From the IMG/VR virus record IMGVR_UViG_3300044657_000873: a stretch of 64,000 bases of DNA; one strand, written 5' to 3'. The notes below the pieces were generated by a model. That model had not been told where the DNA came from. It saw only the letters and a program-made list of their open reading frames with translations, and searched no databases. Source of the DNA: an uncultured virus (IMG/VR IMGVR_UViG_3300044657_000873) (taxonomy: Duplodnaviria > Heunggongvirae > Uroviricota > Caudoviricetes). Each line of letters opens with the position of its first letter. The first letter of the stretch is position 1. A program made the translations under genes and the position numbers. Positions 49,320 to 57,350 of the stretch are shown here, one piece after another.

Positions 49320-49779
49320 TTTTTTTAAGTGAAATCCTCATCTTTTCAAGATTTTTCGCAATTCTTATTCTGACAGTCTCTCCGCATACTTTCCTGATCT
49401 TCGCAATCTCCGTAATTGTCATATTTTTATAGAATCTGTCGAAAATAAGCTCAGCATCGTCACAAACTGACTCAATTACATCTTTCATTTCAAATTCTGC
49501 CATAGGATTTCGCGTATCAGGAATGGCGTTGGTTAGTCGTCTCTTGTGCCTTTTGTTAGTTTTAGTCTGACTAAGACACTCAAATCTTACTCCGTTGTAT
49601 AGGTATGATGTAAATTTTACGTTTCTGGATTTGTCATACTTATTCACGGCTCTGAACAGTGCTTTTAAAACACAGCTTTTAATTTCTTCTGAGGTCAGAA
49701 TATTTCTGAATGAAGATGCTGCATTATAGGCAGTTTTCATAGTGTCAACGTCATTTAGGTACTGTTCGTATTTGTTCAT
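49312..49779 (-). CDS. Phage sigma70-family factor (regions 2 and 4)
   Basis: ALFRAVNKYDKSRNVKFTSYLY; MTITEIAKIRKVCGETVR. Confidence 0.8.
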   Translation of the reverse strand: MNKYEQYLNDVDTMKTAYNAASSFRNILTSEEIKSCVLKALFRAVNKYDKSRNVKFTSYLYNGVRFECLSQTKTNKRHKRRLTNAIPDTRNPMAEFEMKDVIESVCDDAELIFDRFYKNMTITEIAKIRKVCGETVRIRIAKNLEKMRISLKKSV

Positions 49780-49780
49780 G

Positions 49781-50221
49781 TTAATTTTTGTCCTCAAAAT
49801 TAGTAAGTAGGTTTTCAATATTATTTCTGACATCTGTAAATTCAAACATTTTGCCAACGCCAAGGAAGAATCTGTATCTACTACATATCTTCAATGCTTC
49901 AACACCTTCACTTTTTTCAATTTTATCTCTAATTTTTTCTGTTATGTTAAAATTAGTGTGGCCCAGCCAACAATCAAGGCTTTGTGCCATAGAAACTTTC
50001 TCCATCAATTGGTTATCAATTGAAACCATAAAATTAGGTTCAAATTGTGTAGGCATACTTTCTAACTGCTCTAATTCTTTTTCGTCTAAATCTTCCAAAG
50101 GAATCTCTGGACCCATACTTTTATTTATAATCATCTCCAAAAGAGGGTTATTTAGTTGGGACTCTATTGTGTCTTCATATTTCTGCCATCCTATCTGCAA
50201 CTTTTTATTTATTTTTTTTAT
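49781..50221 (-). CDS. Hypothetical protein (start ATA or TTG)
   Basis: CWLGHTNFNIT, GVEALKICSRYRF; SD AGGAG 6 nt before in-frame ATA. Confidence 0.6.
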   Translation of the reverse strand: MKKINKKLQIGWQKYEDTIESQLNNPLLEMIINKSMGPEIPLEDLDEKELEQLESMPTQFEPNFMVSIDNQLMEKVSMAQSLDCWLGHTNFNITEKIRDKIEKSEGVEALKICSRYRFFLGVGKMFEFTDVRNNIENLLTNFEDKN

Positions 50222-50231
50222 GATAGACTCC

Positions 50232-50570
50232 TTACATTAGGTCAGTTGGTTTAATTAATGGGTCATCCTGATTATTTTCCTTCTTCTCAACCAGTTCTCC
50301 TTCATTTAATTTGTTAAACACCCTTTGTTTTTCGAGCATTTCTTTAGTAAGCATAAGCATTTCTTTTTGTCTACCATTTGCAAGAAAAGTGTCTTGTGCC
50401 ACTTTAAGTGTTTGAACTTCGAAACTTGTTGTAGATATTGAAGCCAATAAAACTGCGAATTTTTTAATTATTTCTTCTGAATAATCCTCTAAGGATATAT
50501 CTATGTATATTTCACCATTGGCATCAATGCTATACTGAAGACTTACTAGCGTACTTCTTTCATCTCCCAT
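50232..50570 (-). CDS. Hypothetical protein
   Basis: 112 aa with GGAG SD. Confidence 0.55.
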   Translation of the reverse strand: MGDERSTLVSLQYSIDANGEIYIDISLEDYSEEIIKKFAVLLASISTTSFEVQTLKVAQDTFLANGRQKEMLMLTKEMLEKQRVFNKLNEGELVEKKENNQDDPLIKPTDLM

Positions 50571-50572
50571 TT

Positions 50573-51619
50573 TTACTCCAATACCTTTAGGATTTGATCG
50601 ACTGTATTTTCCCAAGAGAACTTTTTGGCAGTTTCAATTCCAGCTTCGTTCAAAGTACCCCTCTTGTCCAGAATATAATTTATCATCTTCATATACAAAT
50701 CAAGCTGAGTATGTTCTGTGATTTTTGCCCAGTTACCCTGACCAAAGAACCACTTCCCATCAAACGCTGGTTCTACATCGCTTATCGTCACGAGTCCGCT
50801 GTTTTCTTCAGTGCAAAACTCAGTATGAGCAGAATAATTGGTAGTCACCACATGCTTACCAGCAGACATCATTTCTAAAAGTTCCAGATTCCAGCCTTCT
50901 CCGCGAGAAGGAAAGACACCGCAATCTACTTGAGACATAATATTATACACTTCTGCTTGTGTGTCAGCCCTTGGAATTAGCTTGACTTTTGGATGGTTAT
51001 AAAGCTGACTCCATCGGGCATCTTCTTCAGGGGAGTTAAATGGATTGCTACACATCATCCACAATTCTGCATCCTCTCCATGCTCAAGCACTTTTTTGAA
51101 AGCATTAATGAGAATATCGTGCCCCTTACGGATTTCCCACTTGCCACAGTTGAAGAAGATTGTCTTGTTATCCTGCCTTACTGGTGCTGGTGGGAATAGT
51201 TCTGCGTCTACACCAAGAGGAATAACGTGAATCTTACCGTTACCACAAGCATTCTCTGCAACAACGTTTCTTGCCCACTCTGAACAAACCATGAGTTCAT
51301 CACACGATAACATATGGTGTTTTTCCATATTATTAAATGTGTCCAACTCAAAGATAGGGAAGCCAATAAACTTACCTGACCCTATACGTTCTGCCATCTG
51401 GTTCTGATGCCAAATTTTAATACAGGGTGCTTGTGGGTCAAATGTTTTTGCAACTTCCACACCCTTCCTGACCGCAGTTGCATCTTCCTGATTGGTGACT
51501 TGCGGTTGCCCGATAGGAAAAAGGGAAACTTCTGCTTTATTCTGTAATGCCTTGAGTATGTTTAGTGAGGCAACGCCGTATCCTAATTGATTAATCGGGG
51601 ATTGAAGGTTAATTCTCAT
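50573..51619 (-). CDS. GT4 family glycosyltransferase
   Basis: GKWEIRKG, PSRGEGWNLELLEMM, FSWE. Confidence 0.88.
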   Translation of the reverse strand: MRINLQSPINQLGYGVASLNILKALQNKAEVSLFPIGQPQVTNQEDATAVRKGVEVAKTFDPQAPCIKIWHQNQMAERIGSGKFIGFPIFELDTFNNMEKHHMLSCDELMVCSEWARNVVAENACGNGKIHVIPLGVDAELFPPAPVRQDNKTIFFNCGKWEIRKGHDILINAFKKVLEHGEDAELWMMCSNPFNSPEEDARWSQLYNHPKVKLIPRADTQAEVYNIMSQVDCGVFPSRGEGWNLELLEMMSAGKHVVTTNYSAHTEFCTEENSGLVTISDVEPAFDGKWFFGQGNWAKITEHTQLDLYMKMINYILDKRGTLNEAGIETAKKFSWENTVDQILKVLE

Positions 51620-52110
51620 CTTTGAAATACTCCTGCAATAAATTCATCTATAGTTTTAGTGTTTGGATTGTTTGCAAAATATTTGTTGACTTTAGCCCTT
51701 GCTTTTGATTCGTTTTCACCAAGACCCATCAAAGCGTTAACACATTCTGCCATTAATGGATTAGTTTGAGTTCCTGCTGTATCATTTCTCTTTTTGTTTT
51801 CAAGGTCTGCAATCTGCTGCTCTACTTTTATCCTTGCGTATTTGTTTCTAAGTCTCTGAATTTCTAGTTTCTCATTCTGAATCTGCACCTTTGGATCAAG
51901 CGTACAATGTGCAGCTAAGTATTCTTCATTACCTGTAGCAATAGCAAAAAGGTGTTGATCGTCTACACTACCCGCTTTATCTAACAATCTAAGTGGTACT
52001 ACTCCACCCTCTTCCCCAGCAATAAGACCAATAAAAAAGCAAATACCCATAAATACGGCGATTGCTGTACCCAACATTTTGGCAGTAAACATAAGGGTTT
52101 CTGGTGACAC
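51616..52110 (-). CDS. Membrane protein with coiled coil and RuvA-C-like end
   Basis: N-terminal TM; ECVNALMGLGENESKA. Confidence 0.5.
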   Translation of the reverse strand: MSPETLMFTAKMLGTAIAVFMGICFFIGLIAGEEGGVVPLRLLDKAGSVDDQHLFAIATGNEEYLAAHCTLDPKVQIQNEKLEIQRLRNKYARIKVEQQIADLENKKRNDTAGTQTNPLMAECVNALMGLGENESKARAKVNKYFANNPNTKTIDEFIAGVFQR

Positions 52111-52148
52111 TGATTTTCTCCTAGACTAAAGTGATTTGATTTTCCTCT

Positions 52149-52176
52149 ATTATACCATGAATCGGCTATTTGTCAA
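52149..52176 (-). promoter_or_regulatory. Sigma70 promoter
   Basis: TTGACA-16-TATAAT. Confidence 0.7.
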
Positions 52177-52197
52177 GTGGACTTTAGGAATTTTCAC

Positions 52198-52232
52198 AAA
52201 AAAACCTCGTCAAGCATCATGCTCAACGAGGT
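52198..52232 (-). terminator. Rho-independent terminator
   Basis: ACCTCGTTGAGCA-TGA-TGCTTGACGAGGT plus T-run. Confidence 0.85.
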
Positions 52233-52235
52233 ATA

Positions 52236-52345
52236 TTCTTGGCTGTGAAGGGAAAGTCAGTCGTTTAACCTGACTGTTAGCCAAGAAGATGTAAGAAAAT
52301 GGAAGGATGGGATTCATTACCCACAACATTTCATTTGTTACTCCC
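52236..52345 (-). ncRNA. Candidate structured RNA downstream of ssb
   Basis: Two long bulged hairpins (TTCTTGGCT/AGCCAAGAA enclosing AGTCAG/CTGACT; GTAA..AAATG..TGGG/CCCA..CATTT..TTAC). Confidence 0.4.
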
Positions 52346-52359
52346 ACATACAGCTAGAA

Positions 52360-52707
52360 TTAGTCTTGCTTGATCGTATGGCCCCTTGGAGTGATTGTTG
52401 AAGGATCGGGTCCAACAGAAATCTCGTCTGCCATAATGCAAACAGAACTCTTCTTCTGCTGGTTCTCGTCTTCATAGTCGTCAACCTTGAGCTTTCCTGT
52501 GATCGAAACTAGACGACCTTTGAGAAGCATGGGATTGAGAGCCTCTGCCATCTTTCCAAAGCAGAGGACATTGATAAACAACGTGTCGTCATTTCGACGA
52601 TCATTTACTGCCAAGCGAAACTTAGACATTGGTGTACCCTTCTTGGTTTCACCAAAATCTGCATCCTTGGTCAAACGTCCTGCACCATTCCAACAATTCT
52701 GATTCAT
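52360..52707 (-). CDS. ssb: Single-stranded DNA-binding protein
   Basis: GRLTKD, FRLAVN, FGKMAE, KGRLVSITGKL. Confidence 0.9.
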   Translation of the reverse strand: MNQNCWNGAGRLTKDADFGETKKGTPMSKFRLAVNDRRNDDTLFINVLCFGKMAEALNPMLLKGRLVSITGKLKVDDYEDENQQKKSSVCIMADEISVGPDPSTITPRGHTIKQD

Positions 52708-52709
52708 AA

Positions 52710-53021
52710 TTAAACTCCTAAAGCTGATCGAATTTTTCCACGAACTACTTGTGTATTACCACGATTCGAACCGCCCGTGGTAGCGTTGTAAACTGTTTCA
52801 GTAAAGCCTCGGTTCAGGCCCAAGGTTTTACCAGCCCGAAAAGTCTCCCGCTTGTTAGTTCCATAAACTGTACCCGTAGCTTTGTATGCGAGTGCGGTTA
52901 CTGGGTTTACTGCTTCGCCACGGTATTGACCGCCAGCGATTGAGCCAGTGAGTTTACCTTCTGTACTGAAATAACTACTTGGCAATCGTGTGAGTGCCGT
53001 ATAAAACTCATTACTTTCCAT
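52710..53021 (-). CDS. Hypothetical protein
   Basis: 103 aa, coupled. Confidence 0.55.
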   Translation of the reverse strand: MESNEFYTALTRLPSSYFSTEGKLTGSIAGGQYRGEAVNPVTALAYKATGTVYGTNKRETFRAGKTLGLNRGFTETVYNATTGGSNRGNTQVVRGKIRSALGV

Positions 53022-53239
53022 TAAGATCCTCCTAAACTGGGACTAGATACTGTGGATGCGGGTGCATCCTGTTTTTTTTGTGTGTTGTTTACTTGTCTTA
53101 AAGTAACCTGACCTTCTGCCAGATAATTTTTCAGCTTATCAATTTCTGTGTCGATTACAACCTTCCTTTCCTCAAGGGTTTGGATTTCACGTTGCACATT
53201 TAAAAGGTGTGCTTCTACCATTTCCGCCATACTCGGCAT
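53021..53239 (-). CDS. Small coiled-coil protein
   Basis: Heptad pattern; SD AGGAG. Confidence 0.6.
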   Translation of the reverse strand: MPSMAEMVEAHLLNVQREIQTLEERKVVIDTEIDKLKNYLAEGQVTLRQVNNTQKKQDAPASTVSSPSLGGS

Positions 53240-53290
53240 TTCTATCCACTCCTGTAAAATGTTTAAATTGGCTTTGTTTCGGTTTACTAT

Positions 53291-53319
53291 ATTATAGTCT
53301 ACAAACCGCGATTTGTCAA
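53291..53319 (-). promoter_or_regulatory. Consensus sigma70 promoter
   Basis: TTGACA-17-TATAAT with GTAGAC. Confidence 0.85.
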
Positions 53320-53326
53320 GTGTTTT

Positions 53327-53860
53327 TCATAAATTTTCAAACTTTTCTGCGGATTCAATAAGTGGATAATTACATAGGTAATTCTTAGGAAAAAACTTAA
53401 ACTCAATCCTATCTTCAATCTGCTCTAGTATTTCATTGTAACCATCGCTCCACATGCACGACTTTGGTGAAGAGATGTTGGTGTAGTAGATTTCGTGGAT
53501 TCCGCACTGCCATAACATCTGTAGACATTCTCGACATGGGATTGCTGTAATATAAGCTCTTGCACCCATTGTGCTTTGACCTTCACGGGCAGCATTATAA
53601 ATAGCGTTAGCCTCTGCGTGAATCATAAAAGGATACTTAGCAGGTCTTGTGTCAGGAAGCATGAAGTCGTTTACACCTCTAATAAAACCGTTATAACCTG
53701 TTGCTATAATTGTCTTATTCTTTACTAATACGCAACCGCACTGAGTTTCGGAATCATGACTCTTACGCGACCACAAAGTTGCAGTAGCGAAGAACATATT
53801 ATCCCAATCATCAGGTCGATTCTCTTGCATTAAATAAGACAGTATAAGTTTCTCTGACAT
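53327..53860 (-). CDS. dCMP deaminase
   Basis: TGYNG, HAEANAI, PCREC. Confidence 0.92.
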   Translation of the reverse strand: MSEKLILSYLMQENRPDDWDNMFFATATLWSRKSHDSETQCGCVLVKNKTIIATGYNGFIRGVNDFMLPDTRPAKYPFMIHAEANAIYNAAREGQSTMGARAYITAIPCRECLQMLWQCGIHEIYYTNISSPKSCMWSDGYNEILEQIEDRIEFKFFPKNYLCNYPLIESAEKFENL

Positions 53861-53878
53861 AGTAACCTCCAAAAAAAG

Positions 53879-53950
53879 TAAGCGGTCTAGGAATCGAACC
53901 TAGCCACGAGGATTTGGAATCCTTGTCGCCACCTTGGAACATTACCGCTT
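53879..53950 (-). tRNA. tRNA-Trp (CCA anticodon), 3' CCA not encoded
   Basis: Acceptor AAGCGGT/ACCGCTT, anticodon loop TTCCAAA, T arm CTAGG-TTCGATT-CCTAG; weak D arm. Confidence 0.85.
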
Positions 53951-53956
53951 GTAAAA

Positions 53957-54197
53957 GCCAGTTTGGATAATAAGGTACTGGCAAGACCCCAGACAGCTTA
54001 CGCCGCCAAAGCAAAACAAGGTTCTGCAATTAAATTTTAGTCAGCTTTTTACGAGGCCAACTGACCAACCTCGACATGCAGTAATTACCTACGCAACCAG
54101 TCGATACCATTACGCCCCCTTGGTTTGGTAATTGGAGGCGGCGAGAGTCGAACTCGCGTCCTGCGTTGTTTCAATAACAACGTCTACATGTTTAGTC
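53957..54197 (-). ncRNA. ssrA: Circularly permuted two-piece tmRNA
   Basis: Acceptor piece (~54197-54133: TAAACATGTAG...GAC, T arm, CGCCTCCA) precedes coding piece (54119-53957: GGGGGCG, PK1, tag AEPCFALAA*, PK2); G3:U70 pair. Confidence 0.9.
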
Positions 54198-54596
54198 TTT
54201 CTTGCGAAAGAACTTCTTTATTTGCTCAGACATGGTTTTCATTTCATCCTTGCCCATATCTGTCAATGTATAATAAAAGTTACCGTCCTCTCCAATTAAC
54301 TGGTCTACATATCCTGTTTTCATTAATTCTAAAATATCGTCTTGTACCTCATTCTGAAATGCCTGCATCTCTTTTTTAAGAAAACTTAGCGTTAGAGGTT
54401 CTTCATCAAGCTCAAACTCAAATACGTCATAAGCTATTTCGCTAGACACTTTGGGATCTTGATGTGTATTTGCTTCTAATTCATTTACATATTCCAATGC
54501 TTTTTCAAGTGTTGAGCATACACCAACTGGTTCTACTGAAAAGTCAGTGACAACTTTACCCTCTGCCGCAATCGAAACGATAACATATACTTTCAT
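54192..54596 (-). CDS. Hypothetical acidic protein
   Basis: 134 aa; stop codon overlaps the tmRNA acceptor piece. Confidence 0.6.
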   Translation of the reverse strand: MKVYVIVSIAAEGKVVTDFSVEPVGVCSTLEKALEYVNELEANTHQDPKVSSEIAYDVFEFELDEEPLTLSFLKKEMQAFQNEVQDDILELMKTGYVDQLIGEDGNFYYTLTDMGKDEMKTMSEQIKKFFRKKD

Positions 54597-54607
54597 TATT
54601 ATACACC

Positions 54608-54706
54608 CTAATCCAACAATTTGTAATATTTATTTAATGTTTTAAGTCGATCATCTGCATCTGTCAACTGAGGCAAAGTGTCTGACTTGTAAAGAATGTG
54701 ACTCAT
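54608..54706 (-). pseudogene. 32-aa ORF or gene remnant
   Basis: ATGA-coupled MSHILYKSDTLPQLTDADDRLKTLNKYYKLLD. Confidence 0.35.
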
Positions 54707-55059
54707 TTCTTCTCTCCATAAGGCCAAATTTTGGCAAGTTCATCTGTAACACCATCGATCTCCACCAACCAACGACCATATTTTCCTGTTTTACTTGTCC
54801 TGATTATTACCTCAGTTTCGACTGGAAACCCATGCCGATGGTATGGGTGCAGGACTGGGTTATGTATACCTGCTGATTTATATAATAAATCTTGACACAT
54901 ATCTTTAGCTTTAGCCCAAGCTGGGTGGCCACGCTCAGGTGTGTCTACTCCGAGTAGTCTGGTTCGTATAACCATATGCACCTTAAAGCCAAGATCCACC
55001 ACAAAATCTACAGTATCTCCGTCCACAACCCGTTTGACTCTAGCACGATATTCATACAT
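54703..55059 (-). CDS. Thermonuclease (SNase-like) protein
   Basis: RVVDGDT, RLLGVDTPE, GKYGRWL. Confidence 0.88.
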   Translation of the reverse strand: MYEYRARVKRVVDGDTVDFVVDLGFKVHMVIRTRLLGVDTPERGHPAWAKAKDMCQDLLYKSAGIHNPVLHPYHRHGFPVETEVIIRTSKTGKYGRWLVEIDGVTDELAKIWPYGEKK

Positions 55060-55117
55060 TAGTTTCCCCTATTCCGAAAAGTATTGGTAGTGTCGTCTCC
55101 ATAATAACCTAATAGTT

Positions 55118-55687
55118 CTACTTTGTTGTCCACTCTCTCTCCACGAAATATTTATGAAAGTCTTTTGACTTCAACACAACGCCCGATTTGTTACCCATGT
55201 AAGGTATCGGCTTGAACAGGTTGTTTTCTTTAGCGTCATCGTATAATCTTTTAACATCGGATGATTGCATGATACCCCAACCAATGTCTGATGCGTTATC
55301 CTCAATCAATTCAATGTGACGGTCAAGGTCATAGTCTTTAGGTTTTCTAAGGTTTGCACTTCCTGTGTTATAGATGAACAAAATGTCTGCACTCTCACGA
55401 ATGTACGCTTTTAAATCATTCTCTTTCAGGGTAAACTTACCAGCGGTAGGAACCCATTTAATTTCTAATGGAACTTCGTTGACCTTGTAATCAGCACCAG
55501 AGGTATTGCCCTTGGCGATGAACTCACCGTCATTACCACAACCATTATTCTCCCATGAAAGTTTAGGGTCGCGGGCCTTTGCAATCTCTAGCCACTGGTG
55601 AAAGAAATGCTTTTCCAGCATTGTGCAGAACTTGATATCTTTTTTGAAAGTATTTACGTCCCTATGGTCAAACCTACGACTCATCAT
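55118..55687 (-). CDS. Putative PD-(D/E)XK nuclease
   Basis: GADYKVNEVPLEIK. Confidence 0.5.
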   Translation of the reverse strand: MMSRRFDHRDVNTFKKDIKFCTMLEKHFFHQWLEIAKARDPKLSWENNGCGNDGEFIAKGNTSGADYKVNEVPLEIKWVPTAGKFTLKENDLKAYIRESADILFIYNTGSANLRKPKDYDLDRHIELIEDNASDIGWGIMQSSDVKRLYDDAKENNLFKPIPYMGNKSGVVLKSKDFHKYFVEREWTTK

Positions 55688-55928
55688 GTCCCCTATTTCT
55701 TTTACCCGATGACTCAATTCTTCCTACAAAACATAAGAAGCATAATGGTGGTGGAAAAATATCAAACACTCTCTTAAAATGTCGAATCCTCCCATTCCTA
55801 TCTCTTAGCATATAATGTTTAACTTCTCTACCCTTTGGTCCGAGTTCACTACTGTAAGCAAAGATCTTACCTCCATAAAATAATCTAAGTATCAAGGCCC
55901 AGCAGTAACAATTCCCAATGCAGTACAT
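55674..55928 (-). CDS. Hypothetical protein
   Basis: GNCY...H...HF; SD AGGA. Confidence 0.5.
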   Translation of the reverse strand: MYCIGNCYCWALILRLFYGGKIFAYSSELGPKGREVKHYMLRDRNGRIRHFKRVFDIFPPPLCFLCFVGRIESSGKRNRGHDES

Positions 55929-56016
55929 AATTTATTCCTTTTCCGAATTTAGCCACCAATCGTCTGACGCTCGTATATTAGATATTCAAGAGCGTCAATT
56001 ATTCCTGAGTAGCATC

Positions 56017-56574
56017 TTAGGCAACCCGCCTCACAGCTATCTGATAATCCTTATGAATCACCTCAACCCGATAATCGCAAAGACTCAAGAATGCATCGAT
56101 TCCCGGCTTCGGCAAGTGATGACGATGATTTTCCTTATCCTGCCACTCATAATCATCGAATAACAAAATCCCACCCTGTTTAAGCAAAGGCAAAGCCAAT
56201 AAAGCATCGAGTAAAACATCACAAGCCTCATGCGAACCATCAACGTAGATCGCGTCGAAAGTCTCATCAGGGAACCAACCCAACGCACGCCGAGACTTTG
56301 TCTTCTTCTTCTCAACCCGATGTGATTGCCCGGAATTAGCGATATTCAAATCGAATCTACGCTCCCTCTCCGCACTCATACTCCAAGAATCAACACAGAC
56401 CAACTTCGATGATTCATGCGTAAGCACTTTCTCCAAGAACCAAACCGCACTACGCCCCTCAAAACTGCCGACTTCCAGAAACTGGATATCAGGCTGTCCA
56501 ATGAAATCCGCGAAGAGATCTAACCACTGCGGGATGCGATAGGTGACATAATCTTGAGTAAACTCATATCCCAT
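56017..56574 (-). CDS. Methyltransferase (Methyltransf_24-like)
   Basis: LEVGSFEGRS, IYVDGSH, GGILLFDDY. Confidence 0.9.
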   Translation of the reverse strand: MGYEFTQDYVTYRIPQWLDLFADFIGQPDIQFLEVGSFEGRSAVWFLEKVLTHESSKLVCVDSWSMSAERERRFDLNIANSGQSHRVEKKKTKSRRALGWFPDETFDAIYVDGSHEACDVLLDALLALPLLKQGGILLFDDYEWQDKENHRHHLPKPGIDAFLSLCDYRVEVIHKDYQIAVRRVA

Positions 56575-56780
56575 TATTCATCTTCCCTTTCATAGTTTTC
56601 CTGCCAACTTCTAAACAGGTGGTCATCTTCCGGTTCAACAAAACACAAATTATATTCTTGCTCAAACTTTAAAAAAAGCTCTTCTGGAAAGCTGATGTGA
56701 GTACCATTACTATCGACAACATGGCTAGCTTTCTTTAGCATTTCTCGGTAAGTATTTTTAAGATCGTGAAACGAAACGAT
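56574..56780 (-). CDS. Small acidic protein missing from the ORF track (ATC/ATT or internal ATG start)
   Basis: 69-codon frame after GAGGAGG, ending in a TAATG overlap. Confidence 0.5.
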   Translation of the reverse strand: MVSFHDLKNTYREMLKKASHVVDSNGTHISFPEELFLKFEQEYNLCFVEPEDDHLFRSWQENYEREDE

Positions 56781-56790
56781 AATAACCTCC

Positions 56791-57315
56791 TCAAATAGTA
56801 TAAACCTTAATACCAGATCCTATCTCGCGGGCGAGATTACAATTCTTATCGCAGTCGTCGTAAAAGTAAACCAAGTCAAACGCTTGGCACAGGGTTTCCA
56901 AAACCTTTTTCTTTTCCACTGCGATGTCTAGCTTGACCTCATCAGAACCAACACCAAAAACTTTCATTGGCCTAACATTGTGTCCTAACAAAAAGTCACC
57001 TATTGCAACAACCACATTATCTAACCTCGCAGTTAAGATATAAACAGCGTGGCCCTCTCTGTAAACCTCTTCGGCAAGTGCCATGAGAAAAGTCGGATTT
57101 GCATTACGAATAAACTCCTCTGAATTAAATTCTGAGAAGTCATACTCCTCACCATCCTCTAAAAAGTCGGAATTGTATTCGCTTGGGTTTAATCTGCGAA
57201 CAGGTAAGCCTTGACTTCCGCGATTATTTTGGCGACGAACAATTACACGACAGTCAGTAGTTGCCAGCGTGTCATCAAAATCAAATACAAATGCTTTTTT
57301 CATGTTTTTTCTCAT
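56791..57315 (-). CDS. HAD-superfamily phosphatase
   Basis: FDFDDTL, ILTAR, KK, FYDD. Confidence 0.8.
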   Translation of the reverse strand: MRKNMKKAFVFDFDDTLATTDCRVIVRRQNNRGSQGLPVRRLNPSEYNSDFLEDGEEYDFSEFNSEEFIRNANPTFLMALAEEVYREGHAVYILTARLDNVVVAIGDFLLGHNVRPMKVFGVGSDEVKLDIAVEKKKVLETLCQAFDLVYFYDDCDKNCNLAREIGSGIKVYTI

Positions 57316-57321
57316 ATTACT

Positions 57322-57350
57322 ATTATAGTCTACGGTTGCTGATTTGTCAA
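57322..57350 (-). promoter_or_regulatory. Consensus sigma70 promoter, possibly leaderless transcript
   Basis: TTGACA-17-TATAAT with GTAGAC; ATG 6 nt downstream of the -10. Confidence 0.85.

Noticed and set aside
33055..52790. Peptide echo YNAT[A/T]GGSN in the primase and the 103-aa ORF (also VNICDG in Fcl and the 91-aa ORF)
   Set aside because: DNA differs at many positions; plausibly chance
54113..54160. Stand-alone tRNA or attP fragment
   Set aside because: The T arm belongs to the tmRNA acceptor piece and pairs with the downstream coding piece; no integrase in the window
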